Shown one piece after another: positions 36,480 to 49,293 of a DNA stretch of 64,000 nucleotides. Under the pieces are notes generated by a model that was given only the letters and a program-made list of their open reading frames with translations, was not told the DNA's origin and ran no database searches. Each line of letters starts with the position of its first letter. Position 1 is the stretch's first letter. Both the position numbers and the translations under genes were made by a program. Source of the DNA: Octopus sinensis (taxonomy: Eukaryota); the NCBI RefSeq assembly GCF_006345805.1, contig NC_043023.1, positions 15,562,001 through 15,626,000 of the forward strand, given 5' to 3'.

Positions 36480-37056
36480 TTTTTTTTTGCGAAATACGGA
36501 GTTTATGATTCATGTGTGAGTGTGTGTTCTTGATACTCGTTTAGAACAAGTAGTTTTACACCAATTACACTATTTTTTCTTAGTTTAAAGGCCGTGGACT
36601 GAAGATGTGAAATTTCCGAAGCCTCTCCCCCACCCCCCTTTCGCGAGCGCGCATTTTTTTCATGATAGTCGTTTAGAGCAAGTTGTTTTACACCTATTAC
36701 GCTGTTTTTGTTTTTGTTTTTGTGCCCAGTTCAGACGCTTTCGGAAATTCCCGAATTAAATATTCCGAGGCCTCTCCCCCACCCCTCTTTCTCGAGAGCG
36801 CATTTTTTTTTTGTCATATTCGCTTAGAGCAAGTTGTTTTACACATATTACACTATTTTTTTTTGTTTTGGTGCCCGGGTCAGCCCCTCAGACGCTTTCG
36901 GAACTTCCCGATGTGAATTTTCCGAGGCCTCTCCCCCACCCCCCTTTCGCGTGCGCGAATTTTTTTTTTCATATTCGTTCATAGGAAGTTGTTTTACACC
37001 TATTACACACATTTTTTTTTTGATTTTCTGATATTTGTTACGCCCTATATTAACCG
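36480..37056. repeat. Unclassified tandem-subunit repeat (3.5 units; spacings ~132, 151, 155 bp)
   Basis: Unit starts at ~36538, 36670, 36821, 36976. Confidence 0.7.
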
Positions 37057-37129
37057 AAAAAGTCTTTATACAGATATCACATTAATGTGATAATTTTTCT
37101 CTTTCTTTTGTCATCTCTTGAGGATTCAT
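37057..37129 (-). pseudogene. ZNF-4 5' remnant (leader and part of finger 1, with TAA); upstream cassette intact to ~37730
   Basis: ATG AAT CCT CAA GAG ATG ACA AAA GAA AGA GAA AAA TTA TCA CAT TAA TGT GAT ATC; cut at 37057. Confidence 0.75.
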
Positions 37130-37739
37130 TATTGTTCTATAGTATACAAACACAAAATATATTTTCCTGTTCTTCTTATATATTCCTTTGTTGATTCAAA
37201 TACTTCTCTAGTTATATTTTCCACAAGTCTGGTCTTTGTCAATAGCTAAAGGTAATAGAAACACCTTTGCAGATTTTTCCAAGTTCAGACTGAATGGGAA
37301 ATACTTTAGCAAATATTCCAGGCAATGATGGAAACAAATGTTGCTATTAATTCAGATGGAATTTTTCACAGTTCTTCACCAAAGATAAATTATATAAACG
37401 TGGTTCTATATATTATTTATAACATCTTCCATTAGTCTTCAGGTGATGATCAATATTCCTGATGTATCTGATGTAAAAACTCCTTTATACCACTAACATC
37501 TCATATTCTGAAATGGCACAGAAACAGTAGAAGATATAGGAAAGACTTAAAAAGCAGAGATTCAACAATAGAAAATATAATTACATTTTCATAATCATAA
37601 ACTGTGGATATAATCCTTTAAGTTGTCTTTGAAATATATTCTGTTATTAAAATCATGATACAACCTTGTGTAATGTCTACATATACACAGACTTCAGCTC
37701 CTCTACCTTCGGATATTATGTAAAACATTAAATTACATA

Positions 37740-38959
37740 TCATTGGACAATATTTCCATCTTGCTTCTTAAGACAGAAGCAAGATGGGACTTTCTCAAGA
37801 TGAGCAAAGGCAAGCCGCAGCACGTCAGATGGAGTCTCAATACAGAAGGGAGATGAGACTTTTGCAAGATCAGCAAACACATGCTGCAGCATTTAATGCT
37901 TAGCCATTAAAACATTTTAATGATTAGACAGTGGTCCAATAGAATAGCTCTCACAAACAGACTATGTATAAATGCGTTCTTCACAAATCCTGGAGCTATA
38001 TTCAGATATAATCCATCCCATTTTTATGAAAATGATAATTTTGGCCAAATTAGTGTGCTAAACTCAAATCGTTGTTTCTGTAAAGCTTTAAAATTTCCAA
38101 ATGAAACTAATGGCATGCAATGCCCAGGCAGAAAGGTAATATTGCCAGCACTACCAGCTCCTTCTCAACCTCTTCTGGAAGGTACTTCCATCCAGTCAAA
38201 GGATTTCCTGAACAATATCAGACAATCCTGCATCACAAATGACATTAATTGGTGCATATAAGGAGATAGTTGAACATGGATTTACACTGACATTTACAGT
38301 CGAAGGGCAAGTCTGTCACCTCAATGGTTCCCTGTTACCCACAAATGAACAACCAACCACATCTTCATCATCGTTTAACGTCTGTTTTCCATGCTAGCAT
38401 TGGTTGGACGGTTTGACCGGGATCTGGGAAACCACGAGGCTGCACCAGGCTCCAGTCTGATCTGGCAGTGTTTCTACAGCTGGATGCCCTTCCTAATGCC
38501 AACCACTCCATGAGTATAGTGGGTGCTTTTTATGTGCCACCGGCCAGAGGAGGCTGGCAAATGGCCACAGTCGGTTGGTGCTTTTATGTGTCACAGGTAC
38601 TCAAAATTTACTTCATGAGTGATGTAGGACAATAAACCCACAGGAGGTGTCAAAACTTCAGACAATGGGTCATGTTAGATGCAGGACCAACTTCCACAAA
38701 GGTAAACATATCCACTGACAGCTTTTTGGTGCATTCAAAAACCACAAACACTCCACCCCCAATTTTCCACGACTGGTTAGGGCAAGGAATACTCGGACAA
38801 ATGACAAGTCGCTTAGTTCAATTAGCCCATCTTTTACTCCACAAATGTTTTGTCATCAATGCTGCACTTTCCTATATCACCTGTTTCAACATAACTGTAA
38901 TATATATATACACAAACTATGACATTTTAATACTGAGCAACGCCGGGTATCTCTGCTAG
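37740..38959 (+). mobile_element. Helitron remnant (Rep/helicase N-terminal fragment and CTAG 3' end)
   Basis: C-x-C-KALKFPNE.NGMQC..KVILPAL..LLEG...SKDFLNNIRQ..GF..TFTVEGQVCHLNGSLLP (~37960-38345); 3' end caacgccgggtatctctgCTAG|T at 38956-38960; 5' boundary uncertain. Confidence 0.7.
38360..38598 (+). mobile_element. Short RTE-3'-end-related retroposon (catcatcgtttaacg..gctggatgcccttcctaa.gccaacc); related copy ~59850-60110 (-)
   Basis: Same sequence abuts the RTE fragments at 22870-23000 and 57160-57290. Confidence 0.65.
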
Positions 38960-39010
38960 TCATTCCATGAAATATAATAGGAGAAAAATATTTTTAAAAA
39001 AACATCAACA

Positions 39011-39392
39011 CGCAGGAGTGGCTGTATGGTAAGTAGCTTGTTTACCAACCACATGGTTCCGGGTTCAGTCCCATTGCGTGGCACCTTGGGCAAGTGTCTT
39101 CTGCTATATCCTCGGGCCGACCAATGCCTTTTGAGTGAATTTGGTAGACGGAAACTGAAAGAAGCCTGTCCTATATATGTATGTGTGTGTATATGTTTGT
39201 GTGTCTGTGTTTGTCCCCCCAACATCGCTTGACAACCGAAGCTGGTGTGTTTATGTTCCCGTCACTTAGCAGTTCAGCAAAAGAGACCGATACAATAGGA
39301 ACTGGGCTTACAAAGAGTAAGTCCTGGGATAGAGTTGCTCGATTAAAGGCAGTGCTCCAGCATGGCCGCAGTCAAAATGACTGAAACAAGTA
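39011..39392 (+). mobile_element. SINE family 1
   Basis: gcaggagtggctgtatggtaag...ggccgcagtcaaaatgactgaaacaag. Confidence 0.85.
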
Positions 39393-39799
39393 GAAAAAAG
39401 AAAATACATGTGAGAGTGAAAAGGGAGGGTGGTTTGGGTTCTGCTAGAAACACCAGCAAAACATCCCTTGAATTGTTCACCTTTTCCTCTGAAAATATTT
39501 ACTTGTTTTATTTTAACCGAAAAGGACCCTCCCGTGGTTTTTAAGTTAAAAGAAAACGGCCAAAATCGGTTTGGATAGGTATTATTCTAAAGGTTATAGC
39601 AATCCAGATAACCATAACAAAATCACTTCTTAATTTTATTTTTTACTAAAATTATACCAGTTTATTAATAGAATGAACTGTCAGTTTTCCAAATTAAAAC
39701 TTGAAATGAAAACACTGAAATATCTACTAAAATAAGGAAGTATTTATTAAAATAATTGTAATTAAAAATCTGGTGCTTTTTCATGGCCACAAGTAAAAT

Positions 39800-40708
39800 C
39801 CAGATTTTCTAGGCATAATTTACGAAGTTTACTGGACAATAGAATTAATATCGATTTCAGACAAGCAGTATTTAAAACTTTCAAAACTGCCTGCTGTTTC
39901 CAATTAGCCAGATACATAGGCTTTTACTAAAAAGAAAATATGTGTTACATCTTACCTCTTATAATATATTAGTCGGTGTTTTATAATATTTTTAATTACA
40001 CAAATAAGCGATCTAGCGAAAAAGACACATCGAAAAGCCTACACGGAACGTCAAATAAACGAATCAGGAATCCGGTTGTTGTGCTTCCCGTATTAATAAC
40101 ACTTTTGTCTGATGCTAAAAGTAAAGTGGTAAATTTTTGAAAATGTGAATTGTAAGAAAAAATCCAAATAATAACAAATGATACAAAGCTAGAAGCTGAC
40201 ATTTTTATTGCTACTTTTACATCCTCCGCGTACCGAACCACAATGTCAAAGAAAGCAACACGACTTGTCAGATAGTGGTGGGTGTGGGGAACAGGCACGT
40301 GTGTCTTACTCCCATCGAATGTTTTCCGTTTGAACGGCAGTTTTTTCTAGCGGTATCATATGAAATTGTCACCCATAGTTATGGCCCTAGTATCAATCTA
40401 TTGCATTTCAATCTGTTTTAGGGTTAGGGGTATCTTTTTTTTTTCACAAATGTAAATAAACCCAATCTGTTTCTTAAACGAGGGACATATTCATACGGCA
40501 CAGAATGTTTTCACCTCAATAGACGTCATTGATTGGTTGAAATTGCAGAAATAAAAAACAACAAATATATTACAAACTATAGAATTTTCTCAATAAAGCC
40601 AAGAGAAAAAGATGTTTTATAAAGACATTCTACCAGTATACGAAGTTTAAAAGTGTTTAGTTACATGGAAATTATTTTAAAAGACTGCCGGTCAAACAGA
40701 AAAGATCC
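39800..40708. repeat. Dispersed repeat plus MITE block; inverted copy at ~63300-64000
   Basis: ORF-track near-duplicates 39996..40298(-) and 63628..63930(+); MITE variant with ttttccgtttgaacggcag end. Confidence 0.7.
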
Positions 40709-41139
40709 TTGTTCTGCAGCAAAAGAGTCGGATGATATAGCTACTAGATTTAAAATGTTTTGGTATAGTCTTTCTCATTTGCAAAATGATCCCTCCCCAT
40801 CATTAATTTTGCTTAGATCGTTTTCAATTTTGGTTTATCGATGCAACATTGAATTCTGATTACGGTCAACCCATTTCCACTTTAAAATCGAGCATCTCGG
40901 CAATTTTTACCAATCAAATACGTCCATTTGGAGTCAAATCATACCGTGCTGTATGAATATGTTTATTGGGTTCATTTACATTTGCGAAGAAAAGAAGATA
41001 CCCTTCCCGCAACCCTAACCCTAACCGTTTTGTATTGGTTGAGTTTTTGCTTTCATTTTAGCGTTTCGTTTTTTTTTCTTAATTGTTATCCTTAAATTAA
41101 TTTAAGGATAACAATAAAAGAAAAAAACAAAAGGCTAAA

Positions 41140-44100
41140 ATTTAGGGTTAGGGTTAGGGTGATGTTGTCTCAGTTTTAGACGCAGCAAATAATTTTAGCT
41201 CAATAGAGGGCATAGGATTGTTTAAAATTCAAAAAATAAACTACGTTAAACTTACAAATTACAATTTACTCAGGAAAGCCAAGAGAAAAAAATGTTTTAT
41301 TTTGATACATTCTACCAGTATACGAAGATTTAAAGTGTTTGGTTAACTAGAAATATTGTTAAAAACTGCCGTTCAAAAGGAAAAGATCTGACTTAGTGTA
41401 ATTTACTGCAGATATTACAGTGCTATGGTTTCTCTCCTGTATGAATGTTTTTATGAGAGGTTAAAGAGCGCAAGCAAGACAATGATTTACCACAAATATC
41501 ACACTCATACAGTTTCTCTCCAGTATGAATGGATTTGTGATAAGTAAGGCTATGCTTATGGGAGAATGATTTACCACACACACGACATTGATATGGTTTC
41601 TCTCCTGTATGAATGTGTTTGTGAGAATCAAGGTTACATTTATGAGAGAATGACATTCCACAGACATCACATTGATGAGGTTTCTCTCCTGTATGAATGT
41701 ATTTATGAGAATCAAGGTTACATTTTCGAGGGAATGATTTACCACAAATATCACAGTGATATGGTTTCTCACCTGTATGAACGAATTCGTGAGAAGTAAG
41801 ACTATGCTTACGGGAGAATGATTTACCACAAATATGACATTGATATGGTTTCTCTCCTGTATGAATGTATTTGTGTCTAGTTAAGTCACCTAACTGGGAG
41901 AATGATATACCACATATATCACAGGGATGTGGTTTCTCCCCTGTATGACTGAATTTGTGGTAAGTAAGACTATTTCTTTGAGAGAATGATTTACCACAAA
42001 TATCACATCGATATGGTTTCTCTCCTGTATGAATGAATTTGTGAGAAATAAGGCCACTCTTTTGAGAGAATGATTTACCACAAATATCACAGCAATATAG
42101 TCTTTCTCCTGTATGAATGTATTTGTGAGAAGTCAGGTGAATTTTCTGAGAGAATGATTTTCCACAGATATCACAGTGATATGGTTTCTCCCCTGTATGA
42201 ATGGATATGTGAGTAGTAAGGCTGTGCTTCTGGGAGAATGATTTACCACAAATATAACACTGATATGGTTTCTCTCCTGTATGAATGTATTTGTGAGAAG
42301 TAAGGTGACTTTTTCGGGAGAATGATTTTCCACAGACATCACAGTGATATGGTTTCTCACCTGTATGAATGTATTTGTGTTTAGTAAGGCCTATCTTCTG
42401 AGATATATCACAGTCATGTGGGTTCTCTCCTGTATGAATGGATTTGTGATAAGTAAGGTGACTTTTTTGAGAGAATGATTTACCACAAATATCACAGTGA
42501 TATGGTTTCTCACCTGTATGAATGAATTTGTGAGTAGTTAAATTATATTTTACTGAAAAAGATTTACCACAAATATCACAATGATATGGTTTCTCTCCTG
42601 TATGAATGTATTTGTGAGTGGTAAGGCTACTTTTCTGAGAGAATGATTTACCACAGATATCACACTGATTTGGTTTCTCTCCAGTATGAACAGATTTGTG
42701 ATAAGAAAGGCCACTCCTTTGAGAGAATGATTTACCACAGATATCACACTGATTTGGTTTCTCTCCAGTATGAACAGATTTGTGATAAGAAAGGCCACTC
42801 CTTTGAGAGAATGATTTACCACAGATATCACACTGATATGGTTTCTCTCCTGTATGAATGGATTTGTGAGAGGTAAGGTTACTTTTCTGAGAGAATGATT
42901 TACCACAGACATCACAGTGATATGGTTTCCTACCTGCATGAATGAATTTGTGAACAGTGAGATTTCCCTTATTAGAAAAAGTTTTTTACACATATCACAT
43001 TGGTGTGATAATTTTTCTCTTTCTTTTGCCATCTCTTGAGGATTCATTATTGTTCTATAGTATACAAGCACAACATATAATTTTGCTTCCTTTTTTATAT
43101 ATTTCTATTGCTTATATTTCCAGCAGTTCTGATCTTCATTAATATCTGAAGATGATACAAACACCTTTGCAGATATCTCCCGCTCCAAACAGAATGTGAA
43201 ATACTTTAGCAAATATTCCAGGCAATGATGGAAACAAATGTTGCCATTAATTCAGAAGAAATATCTCACAGTTTTCCACCATAGACAAATCGTATAAACA
43301 GAGTTATGTCAAATATTTATAACATCTTCCATTAGATGATCAATATTCATGAAGTATCACTAACATTTCACCTCCTGAAATGACACAGAAACAGAAGAAG
43401 ATATAGAAAAGTCTCAAAAAGCAGAGATTCAACTATAAAAAAAATATAACTACATCTTCATAATGATAAACTGTGGATATAATCCTTTAATTTGTCTTTG
43501 AAATTTATTTATGGTAATTTATAATATGGTAACACTTTTGTTACCATATTTCTTTTGAGATTCAGTGTGTTTCTTTCAATTATTTTAAATATAATAAACA
43601 ATTTAGTAAACTAACTTAATTATCATTCACCTAGTGTTAGGAACATAAATTGTAACTAAGGTTTGGTGGAAGATTTTAATTCAAAACTTATGAAGACAAG
43701 ACATTTTACCATAGAGCCAGAGCCGGTTTTGGCCGGGTTAGTAACAAAAGGGTGTGGTCTTTGAAATTTATTTTGTTATTAAAATTATATGATACAACCT
43801 TGTGTAATGTCTACATATACACGGACTTCAGTTCCTCTTCCTTCAGATATTATGTAAAACATTATCCCTTTAGTGTTCAGATTATTCTGTTAAATGTAAT
43901 TCTTTTTCACTCAAATTGCTTTGAATTAATCATGCATTATCTTATAGCTTTGAGGTTTCAATGATGTGATTGTTTATTTCTAGAATGTCAATGTAGGTTA
44001 GGTGTGAGAGGCCAGATACCGCCAGTTTGAATATAAAACATGCAGAATATCTGGGCCTGATATGGCCGGTTTAAACAATAAAGGGTTCAACTATAGGATA

Positions 44101-45445
44101 TTGGACAATAATATGATAAGTGACTACTGTTTAACCCTAGGTTATCCCTGACTGAGCAGATCTATTATTAATGAAATTAGGTAATGTTCATGATTGTTAC
44201 AACTTCTGTAACAGATCAAACATAAACATAAACTACAATTTAGTGAACCAACCCATCATGACTTTTCCTCTCCTAACTTTATTAATAATAAAAACAAACT
44301 GCACTCACATATGTTGAAGGTGTGGTCACTAATTTAGAGAAAGTGTTCTGTGAATTGACGTATGAAGATTAGAGCCAGGACAGAATGGCGATCCTTTGGA
44401 ATAGGTACACACGTGACTTTGTTTACATTTCTGAAGATAACAGAAACCCTTTTCTCCCCCCCCCTCACATATAAAAAAACACTTTTTTGAAATGTATCCA
44501 GTACTTATACCGTAAGATCGCCTTTCTTTTTAAAACAAAGTAAATTAAACACAAAAACACATGTACTACTAGCGAAGAGTGGACCCGGTACGCGCTAGCT
44601 AGTCGTAAGTAGTCGATCCTACAACGACTTGCGCGTATGCAAATGAGTTGATTTTACAGAATAAAATAAAAGAATTTTTTAAAGAAAGTAAATAAATTAT
44701 TTCTTAGAACAATGTATATGATTTTTTTACACAAATCAAATAAAATGTGTGTGATATATTCTTTTAGTTTTCATATTCTTTAGTAAATAATTTCCTTTTT
44801 TTTTAAACTAAGTAAACAAAACAAAAACACAAAGTAAGGATCTACTAGTCACGACTAACAAGCGCGAGTGCGCACACCGGGACCACTCTTCTAGAGTAGT
44901 ACCCATCGCCAGTTTATGACATTTGCCGATTCTGTCTACAAAAGGCTGTATCTGCTTTTTATCATAGTGCTATCACTGGCCACATGTTTCAGTTAGCTAT
45001 TGATGTTTTATGATGTTGCAGATTATTTATTCTGAGAAGCTGAAATGGACAGAATTATTAACGTGTATCATTTTGACAGAATAAACAGCAAATACAGATG
45101 TTTAGCAAATCTGTGATAAAACAACAAACAGCTTTGAATGGACACAACCAGCAAATGGATTATCTACCAAAATAATTGAAATTAAAAACCAGGTGCTTCA
45201 CTGGACAATAGAATTAATATCGATTTCAGACTAGTATTATTTAAAACTATCAATACTGTCTGGATTTTCCAATTAGCCAGATACATAGGCTTTTACTAAA
45301 AAGAAAATATGTATTACAACTTACCTCTGATGATAATTTAGTCGCTGTTTTATAAGAAATATTTTTAATTACACACTCGGACGAGAGGGAAATATTACTG
45401 GAAGACACATAGAAAAGCTGACACGGTATGTCAACGAAACGAAAA
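41140..45445 (-). repeat. Left arm of a tight palindrome; right arm ~46515-51300; spacer ~1.07 kb
   Basis: Reverse-complement colinearity from the MITE arm through the ZNF and leader to ..gtcaacgaaacg (45440) / cgtttcgttgac (46531). Confidence 0.9.
41423..43047 (-). pseudogene. C2H2 ZNF-5, ~19 fingers, -1 frameshift in finger 1 (~42985) and ~15-nt deletion near 42400
   Basis: MNPQEMAKEREKLSHQCDMCKK|; exact 84-bp finger duplication at ~42650-42820; last finger CLRSLTS as in ZNF-1 and ZNF-6; TAG 41423-41425. Confidence 0.85.
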
Positions 45446-45915
45446 ACCCTAAATGTCTATTGTTAAAATGGATCGGCTTGATTATCTGTGTAATTTCTTT
45501 ATCATATAAAATAATATAAGATTAAATTTTTCTTATTTGTGTAATTCCTTGCAAACATAAGGACACAGGAAATGTATCAAGGCCGACAGGAAGCGTTGCT
45601 GCTTCCTAGGGCTAAATAGCAGTAGTATGATTCCCTTCATGGGACTGTCACATTAAGTTGACAGTATACAACTACTTTATCGTACCACTACTGCATAAAT
45701 CTCTGTGAGATATTTAGAAATGTATTATTTCTGTTTTTGTAATTCCTTTATAACGTACAAAGTGTTTCATCTCTGAAATATATGAAAGATAAGGTATATA
45801 ACCCTGGCTATACTATTTAACACTGGTAGACCACATATCTATACCAGTACGGAAGTTTTTCTCTAATAAGTGAAATCTCGCTGTTCACAAATATATTCAT
45901 TCAAGTTTAAAGTAA

Positions 45916-46015
45916 TATCACTGTGATATCTGTGGTAAATCATTCTCCTAGATAGCTACCTTAACTAGACACAAATACATTCATACAGGAGAGAGACCAT
46001 ATGACTGTGATATCT
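45916..46015 (+). pseudogene. Isolated single-finger fragment in the palindrome spacer
   Basis: tatcactgtgatatctgtggtaaatcattc..cacaaatacattcatacaggagagagaccata. Confidence 0.65.
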
Positions 46016-46046
46016 AGTAAATAATTTTCTTTGAGAGGCAATTTAG

Positions 46047-46209
46047 GGATCTTTTCCTTTTGACCGGTAAATTTTTAAAATAATTTCCATGTAAGTAAAA
46101 AATGAGAAAAAGATGTTTTATAAACACATTCTACCAGTATACGAAGTTTTAAATTTTTTAGTTACATAGAAATTATGTAAAAAAACTGCCGTTCAAAAGG
46201 AAAAGATCC
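46047..46209. mobile_element. Internally deleted family A MITE at the start of the direct duplicate
   Basis: ggatcttttccttttgac .. ggaaaagatcc; right end joined ~55 bp further into the flank than the copy at 2300. Confidence 0.7.
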
Positions 46210-47558
46210 GAATGTCGTTGTTGCCACCAACACCGCTATTGTTTACATTAATTTCAAATTTGCCAGCAAAATCTCATAAAATGGCAATGTTCTATAAGTT
46301 GTACGAGTTTATATCCTTTGTATGAAAATAAAGAAGTTAAGTATGTTATGTGACTCCGCCGTAACCGTAACCGCCAAAAACGGGTGGTGTGGCTATTCGT
46401 TACCTTGGCCCAATTCACATTTTCAAAAACTTATTATAGTTATAAACAAACATTAACAGTTTACCACCTTAATTTCAGCATCAGACAAAAGTGAGTAAAT
46501 ACGAAGCGCACAACAACCGGAGTGTTAGTTCGTTTCGTTGACTTTCCGTGTCGGCTTTTCTATGTAACTTCCAGTAATTATTTCCCGCTCGTTCGAGTGT
46601 GTAATTAAAAATATTTCTTATAAAACAGCGACTAAATTATCATCAGAGGTAAGTTGTAATACATATTTTCTTTTTAGTAAAAGCCTATGTATCTGGCTAA
46701 TTGGAAAATCCAGACAGTATTGATAGTTTTAAATAATACTAGTCTGAAATCGATATTAATTCTATTGTCCAGTAAGCACCTGGTTTTTAATTTCAATTAT
46801 TTTGGTAGATAATCCATTTGCTGGTTGTGTCCATTCAAAGCTGTTTGTTGTTTTATCACAGATGTATCATTTGCTAAACATCTGTATTTGCAGTTTATTC
46901 TCTCAAAATGATACACGTTAATAATTCTGTCCATTTCAGCTTCTCAGAATAAATAATCTGCAACATCATAAAACATCAATAGCTAACTGAAACATGTGGC
47001 CAGTGATAGCACTATGATAAAAAGCAGATACAGCCTTTTGTAGACAGAATCGGCAAATGTCATAAACTGGCGATGGGTACTACTCTAGAAGAGTGGTCCC
47101 GGTGTGCGCACTCGCGCTTGTTAGTCGTGACTAGTAGATCCTTACTTTGTGTTTTTGTTTTATTTAATTAGTTTTAAAAAAAAAAAGAAATTATTTACTA
47201 AAGAATCTGAAAACTAAAAGAATATATCACACACATTTTATTTGATTTGTGTAAAAAAATCATATACATTGTTCTAAGAAATAATTTGTTTACTTTCTTT
47301 AAAAAATTCTTTTATTTTATTCTGTAAAATCAACTCATTTGCATACGCGCAAGTCGTTGTAGGATCGACTACTTACGACTAGCTAGCGCGTACCGGGTCC
47401 AGTCTTCGCTAGTAGTACATGTGTGTTTGTGTTTTATTTACTTTGTTTTAAAAAGAAAGGCGATCTTACGGTATAAGTACCGGTGTACTTCCGGAAGTAC
47501 TGGATACATTTCAAAAAAGTTTTTTTTTATAGTGGGGGGGGGGGGTTAGGGTTTCTGT

Positions 47559-47850
47559 AAATGCAAATATATGGGAAACTACCACCTGTGTCATCTCTTG
47601 TGAAAGGTAGGAGAGTCCAGTGTGCTGGACATTGTTGTAGAGCTGAAAAAGAGGTAATTTCTACTCTCCTCCTCTGGAAGCCATCTACTCGCAATACCAG
47701 AGGGCGCACACTCTCCTACCCTGATGTAATCTCCAGGGATACAGGCATCCAGCAACAGGACCTACGTCATGCCATGATGGACTGTGAAGTCTGGCGTAGC
47801 ATGGTAAATTCCATTGTCTCGACCACGGACGAACAATGATGGTGATGAGT
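47559..47850 (+). mobile_element. 5'-truncated LINE (RTE-like 3' end), copy-specific, 8-bp TSD
   Basis: ..RGRTLSYPDVISRDTGIQQQDLRHAMMDCEVWRSMVNSIVSTTDEQ*, tgatggtgatga tail; TSD gtttctgt 47551-47558 / 47851-47858; absent at 3670 and 44450. Confidence 0.75.
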
Positions 47851-49293
47851 GTTTCTGTTAGGGTTAGGGGTGGGAGAAAAGGGTTTCTGTTAGGGTTCAG
47901 AAATGTAAACAAAGTCACGTGTGTACCTATACCGAAGGATCGCCATTCTGTCCTGGCTCTACTCTTCATACGTCAATTCACAGAACACTTTCTCTAAATT
48001 AGTGACCACACCTTCAACATATGTGAGTGCAGTTTGTTTTTATTATTAATAAAGTTACGAGAAGAAAAGTCATGATGGGTTGGTTCACTAAATTCTAGTT
48101 TATGTTTGATCTGTTACAGAAGTTGTTACAATCATGAACATTACCTAATTTCATTAATAATAGATCTGCTCAGTCAGGGATAACCTAGGGTTAAACAGTA
48201 GTCACTTATCATATTATTGTCCAATATCCTATAGTTGAACCCTTTATTGTTTAAACCAGCCATATCAGGCCCAGATATTCTGCATGTTTTATATTCAAAC
48301 TGGCGGTATCTGGCCTCTCACACCTAACCTACATTGACATTCTAGAAATAAACAATCACATCATTGAAACCTCAAAGCTATAAGATAATGCATGATTAAT
48401 TCAAAACAATTTGAGTGAAAAAGAATTACATTTAACAGAATAATCTGAACACTAAAGGGATAATGTTTTACATAATATCTGAAGGAAGAGGAACTGAAGT
48501 CCGTGTATATGTAGACATTACACAAGGTAGTATCATATAATTTTAATAACAAAATAAATTTCAAAGACAACCCCATTTTGTTACTAACCCGGCCAAAACT
48601 GGCTCTAGCTCTGTGGTAAAATGTCTTGTTTTCATAAGTTTTGAATTAAAATCTTCCACCAAACCTTAGTTCCAATTTATGTTCCTAACACTAGTTGAAT
48701 GATAACTGAGTTAGTTTACTAAATTCTTTATTATATTTAAAATAATTGAAAGAAACACACTGAATCTCAAAAGAAATATGGTAACAAAAGGGTTACCATA
48801 TTATAAATTACCATAAATAAATTTCAAAGACAAATTAAAGGATAATATCCACAGTTTAACATTATGAAGATGTAGTTATATTCTTTTTAATAGTTGAATC
48901 TCTGCTTTTTAAGTCTTTCCTATATGTTCTGTTTCTGTGTCATTTCAGGAGGTGAAATGTTAGTGATACTTCATGAATATTGATCATCTAATGGAAGATG
49001 TTACAAATATTTGACATAACTCTGTTTATACGATTTGTCTATGGTGGAAAACTGTGAGATATTTCTTCTGAATTAATGGCAACATTTGTTTCCATCATTG
49101 CCTGGAATATTTGCTAAAGTATTTCACATTCTGTTTGGAGCGGGAGATATCTGCTGCAAAGGTGTTTGTATCATCTTCAGATATTGATGAAGATCGGAAC
49201 TGCTGGAAATATAAGCAATAGAAATATATAAAAAAGGAAGCAAAATTATATGTTGTGCTTGTATACTTTAGAACAATATTGAATCCTCACGAG

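Noticed and set aside
36480-37056. Regularly spaced repeats superficially like a CRISPR array; likewise the 84-nt finger repeats
   Set aside because: Units are long and degenerate with no unique spacers or cas genes; eukaryotic context.
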